64,000 nucleotides of DNA, taken from assembly GCA_964016885.1 (NCBI GenBank), contig OZ024766.1, forward strand, positions 14,260,001 to 14,324,000, read 5' to 3'. Below are positions 52,010-64,000 of this stretch, in pieces. Each line of letters begins with the position of its first letter. Positions within the stretch are counted from its first letter, which is position 1. Made by a program: the position numbers and the translations under genes. This DNA is from Eledone cirrhosa. Lineage: Eukaryota. The notes under the pieces were generated by a model. It saw nothing but the letters and a program-made list of their open reading frames with translations. It was not told where the DNA came from and did not search any database.

Positions 52010-52606
52010 TTAACCCTTTAGTGTCCAAACCAGCCAAAACCGGCCAGAATTCTCTACCTCTTTCTGTTGAAACTGGCTGTAACTGGTCGCTCAGACTGAT
52101 GTTAAGGTATTGTTCTCAAAATAAATACTTTCAAAATCTGATAGATTCAATATTATGTGAGATAAAGCCTTTACCATGAAAATATAATAGTATATATAAA
52201 ATAATGTGAATGCTAAAGGGTTAACCCTTTAACATTTAAACCGGCAATAACTGGCCAGAGTTCTGTCCTCTTTTTCTTTTTAAACCACCCGTAACTGGCC
52301 ACTCATACTGATGTTAAAGTATTGTTCTCAATATAAATAATATCAGATTCGATATTATGTGAGGTAAAGACTTTACCATGGAAATATAATAGTATATATA
52401 GAGTAATGTAAATGTTATGTGAGATAAAGACATTACCATGGAAATATAATAGTATATATAGAGTAATGTAAATGTTATGTGAGATAAAGACATTACCATG
52501 GAAATATAATAGTATATATAGAGTAATGTAAATGTTATGTGAGATAAAGACATTACCATGGAAATATAATAGTATATATAGAGTAATGTAAATGTTAAAG
52601 GGTTAA
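52010..52606 (+). mobile_element. Two head-to-tail piggyBac-type MITEs sharing one TTAA; the second has a 60-bp internal unit x4
   Basis: TTAA at 52010, 52221 and 52603 with CCCTTTA/TAAAGGG termini. Confidence 0.88.
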
Positions 52607-53259
52607 ACCCTGAAGTAAGGACTTTTAGGTCCCGAAATATTGGACAGATAAAAGAACAACAACAAAAAAACAAAACAAAGATTACCAGGTAACTTTTACT
52701 TTTCCTTACCTCATCTTATTGTCCATTTTGCATTGTTTAGCCTTCTATCTCTTTCAACGTTATATTTTATATAGAATGCTTCAAACAAACTACAACATTT
52801 AATTATATATCATCATCATCATCTTCAATTAACGTCCATCTTCCACACTAGCATGGGTTAGACGGGTCCCATTTAGAGGCAAGTGTGGGCTGGATGCTTT
52901 TTTGCTGTCTTCTACACGTCCAGTGTGGGTGAGATATATATATATGTATGTATATATCATCACCATTTAGCGTCCATTTTTCCATTCTTGCATGGGTTAG
53001 ACGCTCTAGCGTAACTAGCGGGGGGGCGACCCCCCCCCCGGCTTTCCTCTCGGTCTAGGTGGGCCCCCTAGGCTATAATTCTAAACACATAACTTATTAC
53101 ACATGTAATTACGAATCCTTAACTACAACAACTTAAAGAAAACCCTTAATCTCTAATAAGACTAGAAGTTAAGACCAATTTCTTGTTTATTTAAAGAATA
53201 TAATATTTCGGATAAAATGGCAACTGCATCTAAAAAATGTGTGGAGAATATTCAGTGGA

Positions 53260-53462
53260 ATAAAAGCGTTACATTTTTTTTATTTGCTTTCTCCACATCT
53301 TATTTAGTTGAGTCAGGTTTCAGTCGGGTTATGCATCTGCTTTCAAAAAGTGGAAATCGCCTTGATATAGAAAGAAGAGGTGGTTTACGACTCTCTCTAA
53401 CGGCTTTGACACCAAACATTGACAAATTAGTAGCCTTGCCTCAATCACAGGGATCTCATTAA
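53260..53462 (+). pseudogene. C-terminal dimerisation-domain fragment of a different (Charlie/ZBED5-like) hAT transposase
   Basis: FSTSYLVESGFSRV...NRLDIERRGGLRLSLTALTPNIDKLV...QSQGSH*. Confidence 0.75.
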
Positions 53463-53920
53463 AAACCGATTGTTATATTCTTTGATTTGTAAATATATAT
53501 AAATGATTTGATATCTAAATTCTATATTATTCTATTTGTTTGAAATGTTGTAATACATGCTTATGTTAATCTCGATACTCAGGTTTTTAACCTAATATTT
53601 AATTAAAAGTATAATTATGCATGAGTATATACACACAAATATATATTTAGTTGGAATAAAATATAATGAACTTTCTAAAGTTGTAACTTGGTATCTGACA
53701 TTCTGCTGTCCTTAAATATTCTGTCCAGAACTTTGACCTAATTGTCTTCCTCTATTGTAACACCCCTCCTCATCCTCTAACTGCTTTCCATTGAATTTCA
53801 TCTTTTATCTCCTTTTCAGCCGATGGATTTTGTTGATTTAGAAACCAGCCAATGAATACCATCGGTCAATATTCCTTTATATTTTGATATGTTTTTTATT
53901 CTTGTAATAAAATTAGTTTT

Positions 53921-54065
53921 CATTCAACACTGACGATAGAGGGCGGATGGAGGTATGTTGTATTTTCTTTGTATAATTTGTAAAATATAAAATATATATA
54001 TATATATCTTAATGAAAATACACATGCCAATATCTGATCCCTTGAAACGATCGTCTGTTAAAGTG
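53921..54065 (+). ncRNA. Minimal type I hammerhead-like motif with a very long stem II
   Basis: AACA-CUGACGA(53930-36)-[~107-nt hairpin]-GAAAC-GAUC-GUC-UGUU; palindromic loop 3. Confidence 0.6.
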
Positions 54066-54407
54066 TAAATCAATATTAATAGGAAGAACATGTTCTTTGT
54101 TTAATTTTTCATTGTTTTTCAATGTCTTATTTTGACTCTGTCTTCCAATTGTTTTACATTATTAATTAACTACATGTATTTTTTATGATTTTTCCACATT
54201 TGGATTACATTGAGTTCTCTATACGGATTCCACACTACCGTTTACTCCGGTAGATTAATCTGTTATATATATATATATATTTCCTGGACTTTTGCTCTAT
54301 GTTTTGTTTTTCGTCGATTATTTGACGTGTTTTACATTCTTCGGTGTTGAATATCAAATCAAGCGAATTGCATTATTCCAACTGTGTCAATATAGTGCTC
54401 ATTAAGA

Positions 54408-57132
54408 ATGTTGCCTAAAAAAAATTACAAGACTGGAGCAACAAAGAGGAAAGAAGCTAGACAAGCTGCCAGGGAAGAATCTGCAAAGAAATGTCATCTA
54501 ATCACAAGTTTTCTGAAAAGTCAACAGTCTTCGTCAACAAGTAGTGACGCATCCCAAACCAATGTAACTGCCGGAATTTCCGGCGAGTCGGTCTGGTCAG
54601 ATGAACTGGAGAAACAGAAAAGCACTGGAGAGTCGCGAGAACCTGACGTCGAAGATGCCTCAGGTCCATCGACTATCTCAACAACCGTCGTAGTCACTGA
54701 AGATATAGTTCCAACTGGGGATCCAAACTCAATAGAGGGAAAAATGGCTGTATCGGAATCTGAAAATGAAAATGATTCAGAGGAAACTACATCGGCAAAA
54801 CAAATCCCAGAGCATGGGCCAGTAGAGTGCATGTTGAATTTACAAGAGAAGTATCCAAGCGACCCGAAACATTTCGAAGACAGACCATTGACGACACCTC
54901 TAATTCGTGCCCTCATGACTGTTGGTCCTTGTCAGCCAGGATTGAAAGATCATTTTGCTGATTTCCCTCTCGACTCGAACCACAGAAAATTCAACATCAG
55001 TGGTACAAGAGAAAGTGTGCTGGAATCCATGAAGTTGACCGACACTGGTTAGTATACTCTCCTGAATCCAACAGACTATATTGCTTTTGTTGTTGGCTGT
55101 TTGCTGATAAAAATGCCGAATCTTACTCGAAGACTTGGGGTAATCCAGAGTGTGGGATGGCAAACTTCAAAAAGGGAATCGAAAAAATTGCCAATCATGA
55201 GAAAAGTACCATTCACATCAATGCACAAAAGCAATACTTCATGACAAAATATCGTTTGGACGCAAATAAAACGGTGATCGATAACCTCATCCATGAAGAG
55301 AAGAAGCGAATTGAACAAAATCGCCAGATATTGGGGCGATTGCTTGATTGTACGTTATTTCTCACAAAACAAGGCTTGGCCTTCAGAGGTCACAGGGAAT
55401 ATGTTGGACTTGGCGCCAAATCAGAAAATGAAGGAAACTTTATTGAATTGTTGAAATTGATAGCCAAGTATGATACAATCTTGAAAAGCCATTTCTTCTC
55501 GCCTGGGCGCACTAAAAGACAGCCTATGTACTTAAGTCCAAAATTACAAAACGAATTCATAGAATGCCTGGCGAACGAATGTACTCAACAAATAATCACG
55601 GAAGTGAAAGAGGCAAAATACTATTCAGTCATTGTCGATTCCACAATAGACATTTCGCATCAGGATCAATGCTCTGTGTCACTGCGATATGTATCGAAAA
55701 GTGGCCACGCACAGGAGCATTTCCTGTCATTTTGTGAACTAAAATCAGCAGCCGCTGAATCATTTTTCGATACGCTTGTGAAAGTTCTTTTCCAGGATCT
55801 TTCCTTGGATGCTCAATATATTAGAGGACAAGCTTACGACGGAGCGTCGAATATGTCCGGCCATATTTCTGGGCTTCAGGCTAGAGTTAAAGAGGGATGC
55901 TCTTCGAAAGCTGTTTACGTCCATTGTTGTGCTCATAACCTGAACCTGGTGTTAATCGATGCTAGCCAATCGTCAATGGATGGTAAATTATTTTTTGGTA
56001 CATTGGAGAGCCTGTATGTTTTCTTAACATCAAGCTTGCCAAGGCTGAAAATCCTCGAAGAAGAACAAGAAAAACTATTGACTTCAACGGTATTAACATT
56101 AAACGACTCTCAGATACCCGCTGGTTTAGTCACATTCAGGCTGTAGAGGCTACCATTAACAACTTACCGGCAGTAATGAGTGCACTAGAGAGGATAGTAA
56201 GTGGCGATGTTCGCAACACTGCTCCGAAAGTATTAGCTGAGGCCAGAGGTTTGCTACTAAATGTGAGCAAGTTTGAATTCATTTTCATGTTGAAGTTTTT
56301 TCAGAATTTACTTAAAAAGCTGCATTCTGTTTCACAATATTTGCAGAAGGAGGCTATCGACTTATATTCCGCGGACGTCATGATTAAAAATGTAGTAAAA
56401 GAAATTGAAGAAATCCGCTCAAATGAATATTTTGACCGAACATTATCAGACACTAAAAATCTCGCCGAGCAATGTCAAGTTGAACCAGAGTTTACAACAG
56501 AAAAACGGAAAAGAAAAAAGAAGCGTTTTCATGACGAAAATGCCAGTGACGAACCTCATGAGACGATGAGTCAGCATTTTAAATGGGACGTTTATTTCAC
56601 TATCCTAGATAGAATCATTAGTAGCTTTAACGAACGTTTTGCCGACTTGCACGGTCTAGTGAAGGATTTTTCGTGCTTGATACTGGCGCACTTCGACGAC
56701 GACGACGACGACACATGCAATAAAGAGAGAATCGATAATCTTGCGAAATTCTACGAGGGTGACATCGAAAATGACACTATCTTCGATGAATATTTATCAT
56801 TCAAAGATTTTTACAAGGAAGTGTGTTTAGATAAATCCATATCGAGTTCTGAGATCGTTCCGTTTATGATTTCTAAGGACTTAGATAGAGCCTATCCGAA
56901 CGTGTTTGCCTTATACAAAATGTTCATAACTATTCCGGTTAGCTCGGCGCAGGCTGAGCGAACCTTCAGCAGGCTCAAACTGATAAAGAATTATTTGCAT
57001 AGTACCATGAGTGAAGAGCGGTTGAATGCTCTGGCAATGATGTACATAGAGCGAGAACTGGCTGAAAAAATTGACTTCAGCATCGTGATTGAAAAATTTT
57101 CTAAAGTAAAACATCGCAAATTAGAACTGTAG
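54408..57132 (+). pseudogene. hAT transposase (TTF zinc finger, DUF4371-like core, dimerisation domain), two frameshifts
   Basis: YCFCCWLF, KQGLAFRGH, GNFIELLK, DSTID, GQAYDGASNMSG, HCCAHNLNL, SSAQAERTFSRLKLIKNYL; frame breaks near 54995 and 56100. Confidence 0.92.
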
Positions 57133-58673
57133 AACAAGTGATGTGCTCGAATGTGAAAGTAAAGTTTTAGATGGACGATTTGTTGCACATACGAATTTTT
57201 GTTTGTGAATAATCGATTGCAAGACTAGTTTTACTGGATATTGTTTTTTTTTCTGAAGATAGACCACCGTCTTTGCAGTTAATAAAGTTTTCACGGAACA
57301 TGCTAACTCTGTAATCTATGATGTATTCTACTCTATTATAAATTATCTATTCTAGACGCCCGTATGAACATATTTTCTTGCAGCTGATGGAAATGAGCGT
57401 ATGGAATTGGTGGGCCCCCTTTAGATCGGATTTTTCCCCCCTGGCTTTAAAAGCTAGTTACGCCACTGGTTAGACGGGTCATCCACGCCAGGAGGCAAGT
57501 CTGGCCAGGGTTGGCCATGTGTCGCACCTTGCTCAGGTGAGGTCTGTAAATTTGGTGGGGTATTTTACAGCTGGATTCCCTTCCTAACATCAACCATGTT
57601 TACAGTGTGGAACTGGATGGCTCTGTTATGAGGAGGGACAGGCCAGTTGGCTGCACTGAACTCATCTCACAGTGGAACTATAATTTTGGGGGCCTGGTAC
57701 TGGGTGGCACCACTGTGAGGAGGGGGTAGCCAGTCAGCTGCTCCAAACTCATCTCACGAGGTTACCACAGTTTTGGGGCCCTGTACTAGATGATCCCGCT
57801 ATAGTGATGGTGTAGCTAGTTTATATGAATAAGTAAATCTGACGCAGGTATATTTCTACAGTTTACCAATGTACCGTACATACTGGCGCCAATGACGACC
57901 AATTTTTGAAAAAAAATAATAATCAACCTTCGGCCTCCAGGACATATGGTAGATATTTTGGACTTATATTAGGGAAAAAGTAATGTCTTCGATGCTAGGA
58001 AATATGGTGAAAATGTAAAATTTCCACTGTTAAATCTATCCCTGCATTTTAAGTATTCTCTATTATCTCATACTGTTACTTTCTTATAAGTCCTATAAGA
58101 ATGCATTTTTTGCTAAACTGCCATAGAGCAGACCTCTGAAGTGATAGAAGGATATAATTTATAGAGCATGCTGGAATACCACTGCTTACATTGGAGAGAA
58201 TTTCTCTGGACAGAATGTTGATATCTACAGTTTACCAATATAGAAATATAACATTTCCACTGTTAAAACTATCTCTGCTTCTAAAGTATTCTCTATTATC
58301 TCATACTGTTTCTTTCTTATTTCAGAATATCAGATGACATTGGGATAAATTATTATTTTCAATCTTGGATACATAACCTCTATTTATCATCATTTGAAGA
58401 CTAAAACCTTCTAAACAGAACTTATATAACACTGTTTATATAAATCTATAGTTCAATTAGTGTGAAATATTTCCTCAAAACTGAGTTTATTTTCTTCACT
58501 ATAAGATGGTTTTGTATTTTAACTAAACTTGGATGAAACAGAAGTTTGTGTTATCTTCAGATATTAACTGAAATCACAGTTGAGGGAAATATAGAAGAAT
58601 ATTTTATAAGAAATATAATATAAAAAATATTACAAGAAAAACATCTGTATATTCTGTTGAAGAAGAAATCATT

Positions 58674-59550
58674 ATGCCAAATAAATTGACAAAGAAGATT
58701 AAATGTGAAACACAATCTAAAGTGTTTAGTATTGCTGGTGAGATGACAAAGGTTAGAGAACAGAAGCCATATCACTGTGATATCTGTGGTATATCATTCT
58801 CTCAAAGAGGTACCTTAACTACTCACAAACGTATACATACAGGTGATAAGCCATATCACTGTGATATCTGTGGTAAATCATTCTCTGGGAAAAGTAGCCT
58901 AACTACTCACAAATGTATACATGCAGAAGAGAAATCATAATGCATTGATATCAGTGATAAATCATTCTCTCAAATTTGTGAATTAATGAGAATACAAATA
59001 CATATCATTGTAACATCTTAGGGAAAGCATTCTCTTTGAATGTTACATTAACTACACACACACATATACATACAGCTGGGAAGCCATATCACTTTGATAT
59101 ATTTGGTACATCATTCTCTAAATGTTGTGGCTTCACTAGACACTAACATCTACAGGAGAGGAACCATATCACTGTGATGTCTGTGATAAATCCTTCTGTA
59201 AATGTGGTTTCACTAGACACCAACATATACATACAGGAGAGGAACGATATCACTGTGATGTCTGTGATAAATCCTTCTCTAAATGTTGTGGTTTCACTAG
59301 ACACCAACACATACAGGAGATGAACCATATCACTGATGTCTGTGATAAATCCTTCTCTAAATGTTGTGGTTTCACTAGACACTAACATATACATACAGGA
59401 GAGGAACCATATCACTGATGTCTGTGATAAATCCTTCTCTAAATGTTGTGGTTTAATTAGACACTAACATATACAGGAGAGGAACTATATCACTGTGATG
59501 TCTGTGGTACATCTTTCTCTTATAAAGATTACTTAATGCAACACAATTAG
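58674..59550 (+). pseudogene. Truncated C2H2 zinc-finger gene: two intact fingers followed by decayed fingers
   Basis: [40 protein letters not shown]...H then stop at 58940; downstream CCATATCACTGTGATGTCTGTG/ACAGGAGAG repeats carry stops and indels. Confidence 0.8.
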
Positions 59551-59629
59551 ATAAAAACCATGTCACTCACCTAAAATAGTGCCATCAATGTTGTTAATAT
59601 TTTGAATAAACCTGTTTTACTAAGAAATT

Positions 59630-61260
59630 CTCCTTTCATTTTATGTCTGTACAAACACAGTCTTCTCTCTTACACACCACTTCAGCTCACTCTTAAACCC
59701 AGCTTCTTCTTCAACTTGTCCAAGCTCTCCCTTTCTCTCACACTTACACAACATATCCTACAAAGCATGGTTGTTTCATATCTCTCCAGTCTACATAACC
59801 TCTGCAGTCACAGCCCTTATTTCGTTACCATGCATCATTGCATATCACCCACATGTGTCATACAGTTGTCCTTTTGTACAGAGAGAGAGAAACCTTTTGT
59901 GGTCAACTGTTGCAGTAGCTCTCTAAACTTTTTCCATCCTATCCTTATTCTAGCTATACATCTTTCAGAGCAGCCCCCTCCACTTCTAATTAACTCACCT
60001 AGATTGCAAAATATATTTGTCAGCATACTTTATGAAGGGTCTGTTTGGAAGTGCCTCGCCTAATAAACAATGGTGCCATAACTGGACTCAGAAACCAATG
60101 GTCACACATACATGGTAAGTTAGCTAAGAATGTAGGTTTTACATTGGTTCACTGCGCTGCAGAAGTAAGCAGCAATCACGTTTAGGAGACAAGCTCTATC
60201 AAATATTTAAAGGGTTCCATAGAAGCAGTTGACAGTTTCTGTTACCTGGGGTATCAAATAAGCAGTGGAGGTAGGTGTTCTGAAAGTACAGTAACAAGAG
60301 TAAGAACAAGATGGCAGAGGTTTAGGGTGTTACTACTGCTGCTAGCTACAAAAGGTTGTTTCACCAAATTGATGTGTGCATATAAACAGTAATTCTGCAT
60401 TGCAGTGAGGACCCCAGAAGATTGGATAGAAATGAAGCTTGAATTCTCCGATGGATGTGTAATATTAATATACATGAAGGGGAAAGTGTTAATAACCTGA
60501 GAGAGAACCTGGGCATGAGAGGGAAAAGATACAGTATGCAGGAGAGGAGATTGCTGTGGTATGGACATGTGATGTGTATGAAGGTAGAGATGCTGTATAA
60601 AAGGTTGACCACTTGAAATTGATGGAAGAGGAAGACCTAGGAATGCTTGGGATGTGGAGGTAAAAACTGACCTGACACCATTGTACCTCTCAAAGGTGAT
60701 GACACAGGATTGAAATCTCTGGCGTTATACAGTACTGCAGGAGACCTGCATTCCCATGTGCACGGGTTGACACAACATTTAGTGGTTTGAAGTATGCTCC
60801 AATTTTCCTCCCCTTCACATCTTAACACTCCAACCCCTTACCAGCTAAGTACACCACCCTGACCTACCTCTCCAATCCCCACTCTACATACACACAACCC
60901 CACCCCCACTTTCACATCTGATACACCTCTCTTGACCAACCCATGTATACAAGTAAGGAAAGCTTAACATGCTCTCCTCCAATGCTGCTGAAATGGCTAA
61001 AAGCCCTCAGGCAACCCTGTAAGGTGGTCATGCAAGTGTCATGACAAAAGAGCACCAAGTCCTCTCTGTTAGGTAACATGACAAAAGAACACCTAACCCT
61101 CCCTGCAAGGTAGTCATGCTGATGACATGACAAATAAGCACCCAGTCCACCCTGTGAGGTAGACATGACAGAAGGCCCCTAGCCCACTCTGTAAAGTAGT
61201 CATGCTAGTGGCAAGACTGAAGGGACCCGAAGCACCCTTCAAAGTGATCAAATTGGTGAC
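59630..61260. mobile_element. Two old RTE fragments back to back (minus ~59630-60060, plus ~60064-61260)
   Basis: SGGGCSE, GWKKFRELL and LLWYGHV relics on opposite strands. Confidence 0.75.
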
Positions 61261-62346
61261 ATGACTTGACACCATTTTTTAGTTTACTTCTAAAATATCT
61301 CATTTTTATTTTACTTCTAAAATATCTCATATATTTAAAAATTACTTATTTTAAAAAATTATTATTTATTTCTTAAAAAAATTACTTTTTAAAGATTATT
61401 TAAAATTTTTTAATATTTTTTAATATTTTTTTAATATTTTTAAACATTTTAAATAGTTTAACTACTTTTTAAGTATTTTATTTTGTTAAAAGGGTTTTTT
61501 GAGTATCTTCTGAGATTAAAAAAAATTTTTTTTTTTATTTTTCCAGAAATTTTTTCCAGAACTTTTAATATTTTAATATTTTTAATATTTTTTAATTATT
61601 TAATATTAGAGTTATAACCAATAACTAATTCTGGCTATATATATCTTTCAACATTTATATCTCATCTTATATCGTCAAAATGGTCTAATACTAACTAATA
61701 AATAAACAAAGCTGGGTTTTTCAGTATCTTCCTAATTTAAAACATTAAAAACATATAAATAATCTTATTAACTCAGTTAATTTAATTACTTACACTAAAT
61801 ATAAACCAGTATCCCTCATAACTTATTTAAACAATTATCTATAACATGATATAGCCATTTATCCACTCATATATCTATTCTTCTATCTATTGATTCTCCT
61901 ATTTTCTACTTTATATCTATTTATTTTCAATTTATTATTCAATGTCTTTATATATATTTATTTTTTCTATATATCTATTTTTCTATATACTTATAATAGT
62001 AAATATTATATTGTATTATATTAGAATTCTAACAATAATTAGTAAATATACGTAACATTAATATAAACTTAATACTTATTTACGTTACATGAGTTCATCC
62101 TCTTTCTTCTCTCTATCTCTCTATCTATCTCATAACAGTAATTTTTTCTCTCTCTTTCTTCTCTTTCTTCCCTATCTTTCCCCAGCGTAATTTAAATAAA
62201 CGGTTGTTTTTTCAATTTTTCATACATTCATTTGCATATTCACACATAACTTTGAATTACCCCTAATAAGTTTCCCCTATCCAGCGAATTTCCGACCGTT
62301 AAGGTTGATTTCCATGGGTATGTCGTTATTTATAAAACAAATTTTG

Positions 62347-62411
62347 TATTTTATCTGATGAAAGAGCACCAAGATTGACTTGGTCGCCCTTGAAATGTCT
62401 ATAATAAAATA
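62347..62411 (+). ncRNA. Minimal hammerhead-like motif, copy 1
   Basis: UAUUUUAU-CUGAUGA-AAG..ACCAAG/CUUGGU..CUU-GAAA-U-GUCU-AUA-AUAAAAUA. Confidence 0.6.
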
Positions 62412-63498
62412 AATATGCAAAAGTTCTATTTAAATTGTTGGGATACAACGAGCAAATATGTTTATAACTGATATAAAGCACTCAACAAGTATTTGGAATA
62501 AACATACGATATTAACAATCCTTTTGTATTTTATGTACTCAATTATATTATGTACTATATTGATTTATACTTCTCTCTATATGTGAGTATATATGTATAT
62601 GTGTATATTGACATACATGTACATGTGTTCTATGCATTTTTATGAATATATGTCTGTCTGTATGCATGCGTGACGCGTATCTACCAATTGGCTGAGGATG
62701 CACACACATGTATATATATGTATATGTAAGAATTGTGTGTGTACATGTACATGTATACCCATACAATTTGATTGCAGATAGACATAACTAACAGCCATAA
62801 ATGCATAACAGCTAATCTTATATATTTATATATATATATATTAAAAAAAATTTGTTATAAAAAATATTTTATTTAATAACACAAAGGATGGATAACATTA
62901 AATTAAAAATTCATTTATGCTTTGTATGTATATATTATATACGTGGTTAGATATGGTGTGTATTTTGTGAGTGTGTGTATATATATATTTATGTGTATTT
63001 TTGCGTGTGTGTACGTGTTATATGATATGTAGTTCTCTAGCAATATATAGATTTCTTAATGTTTAGATTCCAATTTTTAATATATTGATCTCAATTTTTA
63101 AACTAAATATCTAATCATAGTTAAACAATGATTAATTTCTCATATTATGTATGTATATTCCATTCATGATTATTAATATTTCTAATTTTATTTATTCATT
63201 TCATCTCAATTGTTAAGTTAACTTAATATGACATGACTTAATGTGTTCATTCTTTCCCCCTCTCTCTATCTCTCTCTCTGTCTGGTGTTTTGATATATCT
63301 CTCTCGTTTTTCTCTCCTTTTTCTTGCTTTCTTTCTCCCTTTTCTCTCTCTCCGTCTTTTTCCTTATCTGTAACACAACGACTTATTTTAAAAATACTAA
63401 TATAAGTAAACAACTCCACTATCCCTGAGTCTTCCAAAAGTAACGGTTGCATTTTGTAAGGGTATGTCAATATTTATTTATAAAACTGTTATATATTG

Positions 63499-63563
63499 TA
63501 TTTTGTCTGATGAAAGCATACCATAATTTAACATGGTATCCTCGAAATATGTATAATAAAATA
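63499..63563 (+). ncRNA. Minimal hammerhead-like motif, copy 2
   Basis: UAUUUUGU-CUGAUGA-..AUACCAU/AUGGUAU..C-GAAA-U-AUGU-AUA-AUAAAAUA. Confidence 0.58.
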
Positions 63564-63631
63564 GATATGGTTTTATAAATATAGTTTCCATTTGTTAATA
63601 TCGTATAATAAAATAAATATAGTTTTATAAA

Positions 63632-64000
63632 TCATCATCACCGTTTTACGTCCGTTCTTCCATGCTAGCATGGGTTAGACGGGTTGTCCTGTTGTGGGCA
63701 GTGTCTGGTCGGCTGACCATGCCTTGCTCATACAGGAACTGATTTTGGCTTTTCTACAGCCGGATGCCCTTCCTAACACCAACCTCATTTACAGTGAGTG
63801 TTGCGTGCTTTTTTCCGTGGCGCCCACACGTCCACTTTACAGTGTGGGCTGGGTGCTTTTTCTGTGTGGCACCTCCACGACCACTTTGCAGTGGGAGGGT
63901 GTGGGGGCATATTGTCTATATGCTTCATCTTGAACCCATGGAAGGTCGGGTACTCTGTATTACTGCGTGACGCCAGAGGTCACGGTCGTGTGTCATCGCC
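63632..64000 (-). mobile_element. RTE LINE 3' end (continues beyond the window)
   Basis: Closely similar to 34585-34950. Confidence 0.88.

Larger units (their letters stand above)
53004..57468 (+). mobile_element. hAT DNA transposon (ZMYM1/Tip100-like)
   Basis: 8-bp duplication GTTAGACG at 52996-53003 and 57469-57476. Right end GCTAGTTACGCCACTG; left end CTCTAGCGTAACTAGC (degenerate tip). Inserted in an RTE-type tail. Confidence 0.92.

Noticed and set aside
52700-52795. Minus-strand donor GAG|GTAAGG as a coding exon
   Set aside because: All frames from the nearest acceptor hit stops; at most a non-coding exon, unsupported.
57250-57300. CTGAAGA followed by a small hairpin as another hammerhead
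   Set aside because: No GAAA after the hairpin and no stems I or III.
61270-62100. AT-rich tract as organellar insertion or Penelope ORF relic
   Set aside because: No recognisable gene or peptide motif by eye.

Overview
Repeat-dense eukaryotic (animal) genomic DNA. The tandem C2H2 zinc-finger genes, abundant RTE LINEs with (GAT)n tails and tRNA-derived SINEs suggest a cephalopod such as Octopus; this is inference, not a database match. Host content: one 13-finger C2H2 gene (minus, 3002-4255), a decaying C2H2 gene (58674-59550), and three phase-1 exons (34339-32034, minus) of a gene encoding EGF-like and F-type-lectin-like modules that the ORF track only partly shows. Mobile content: a near full-length Tx1/L1-clade LINE, several RTE LINEs, an internally deleted Gypsy element, a hAT transposon with cargo, an internally deleted Helitron, piggyBac-, Charlie- and Chapaev3-type non-autonomous elements, and many SINEs. 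About a third of the window is tandem repeats, several traceable to parent transposons present in the same window. The least obvious signal is four hammerhead-ribozyme-like motifs (42339-42434 minus; 53921-54065, 62347-62411 and 63499-63563 plus), one with a U3-A8 compensatory core variant. All folds and alignments were read by eye and need computational confirmation.
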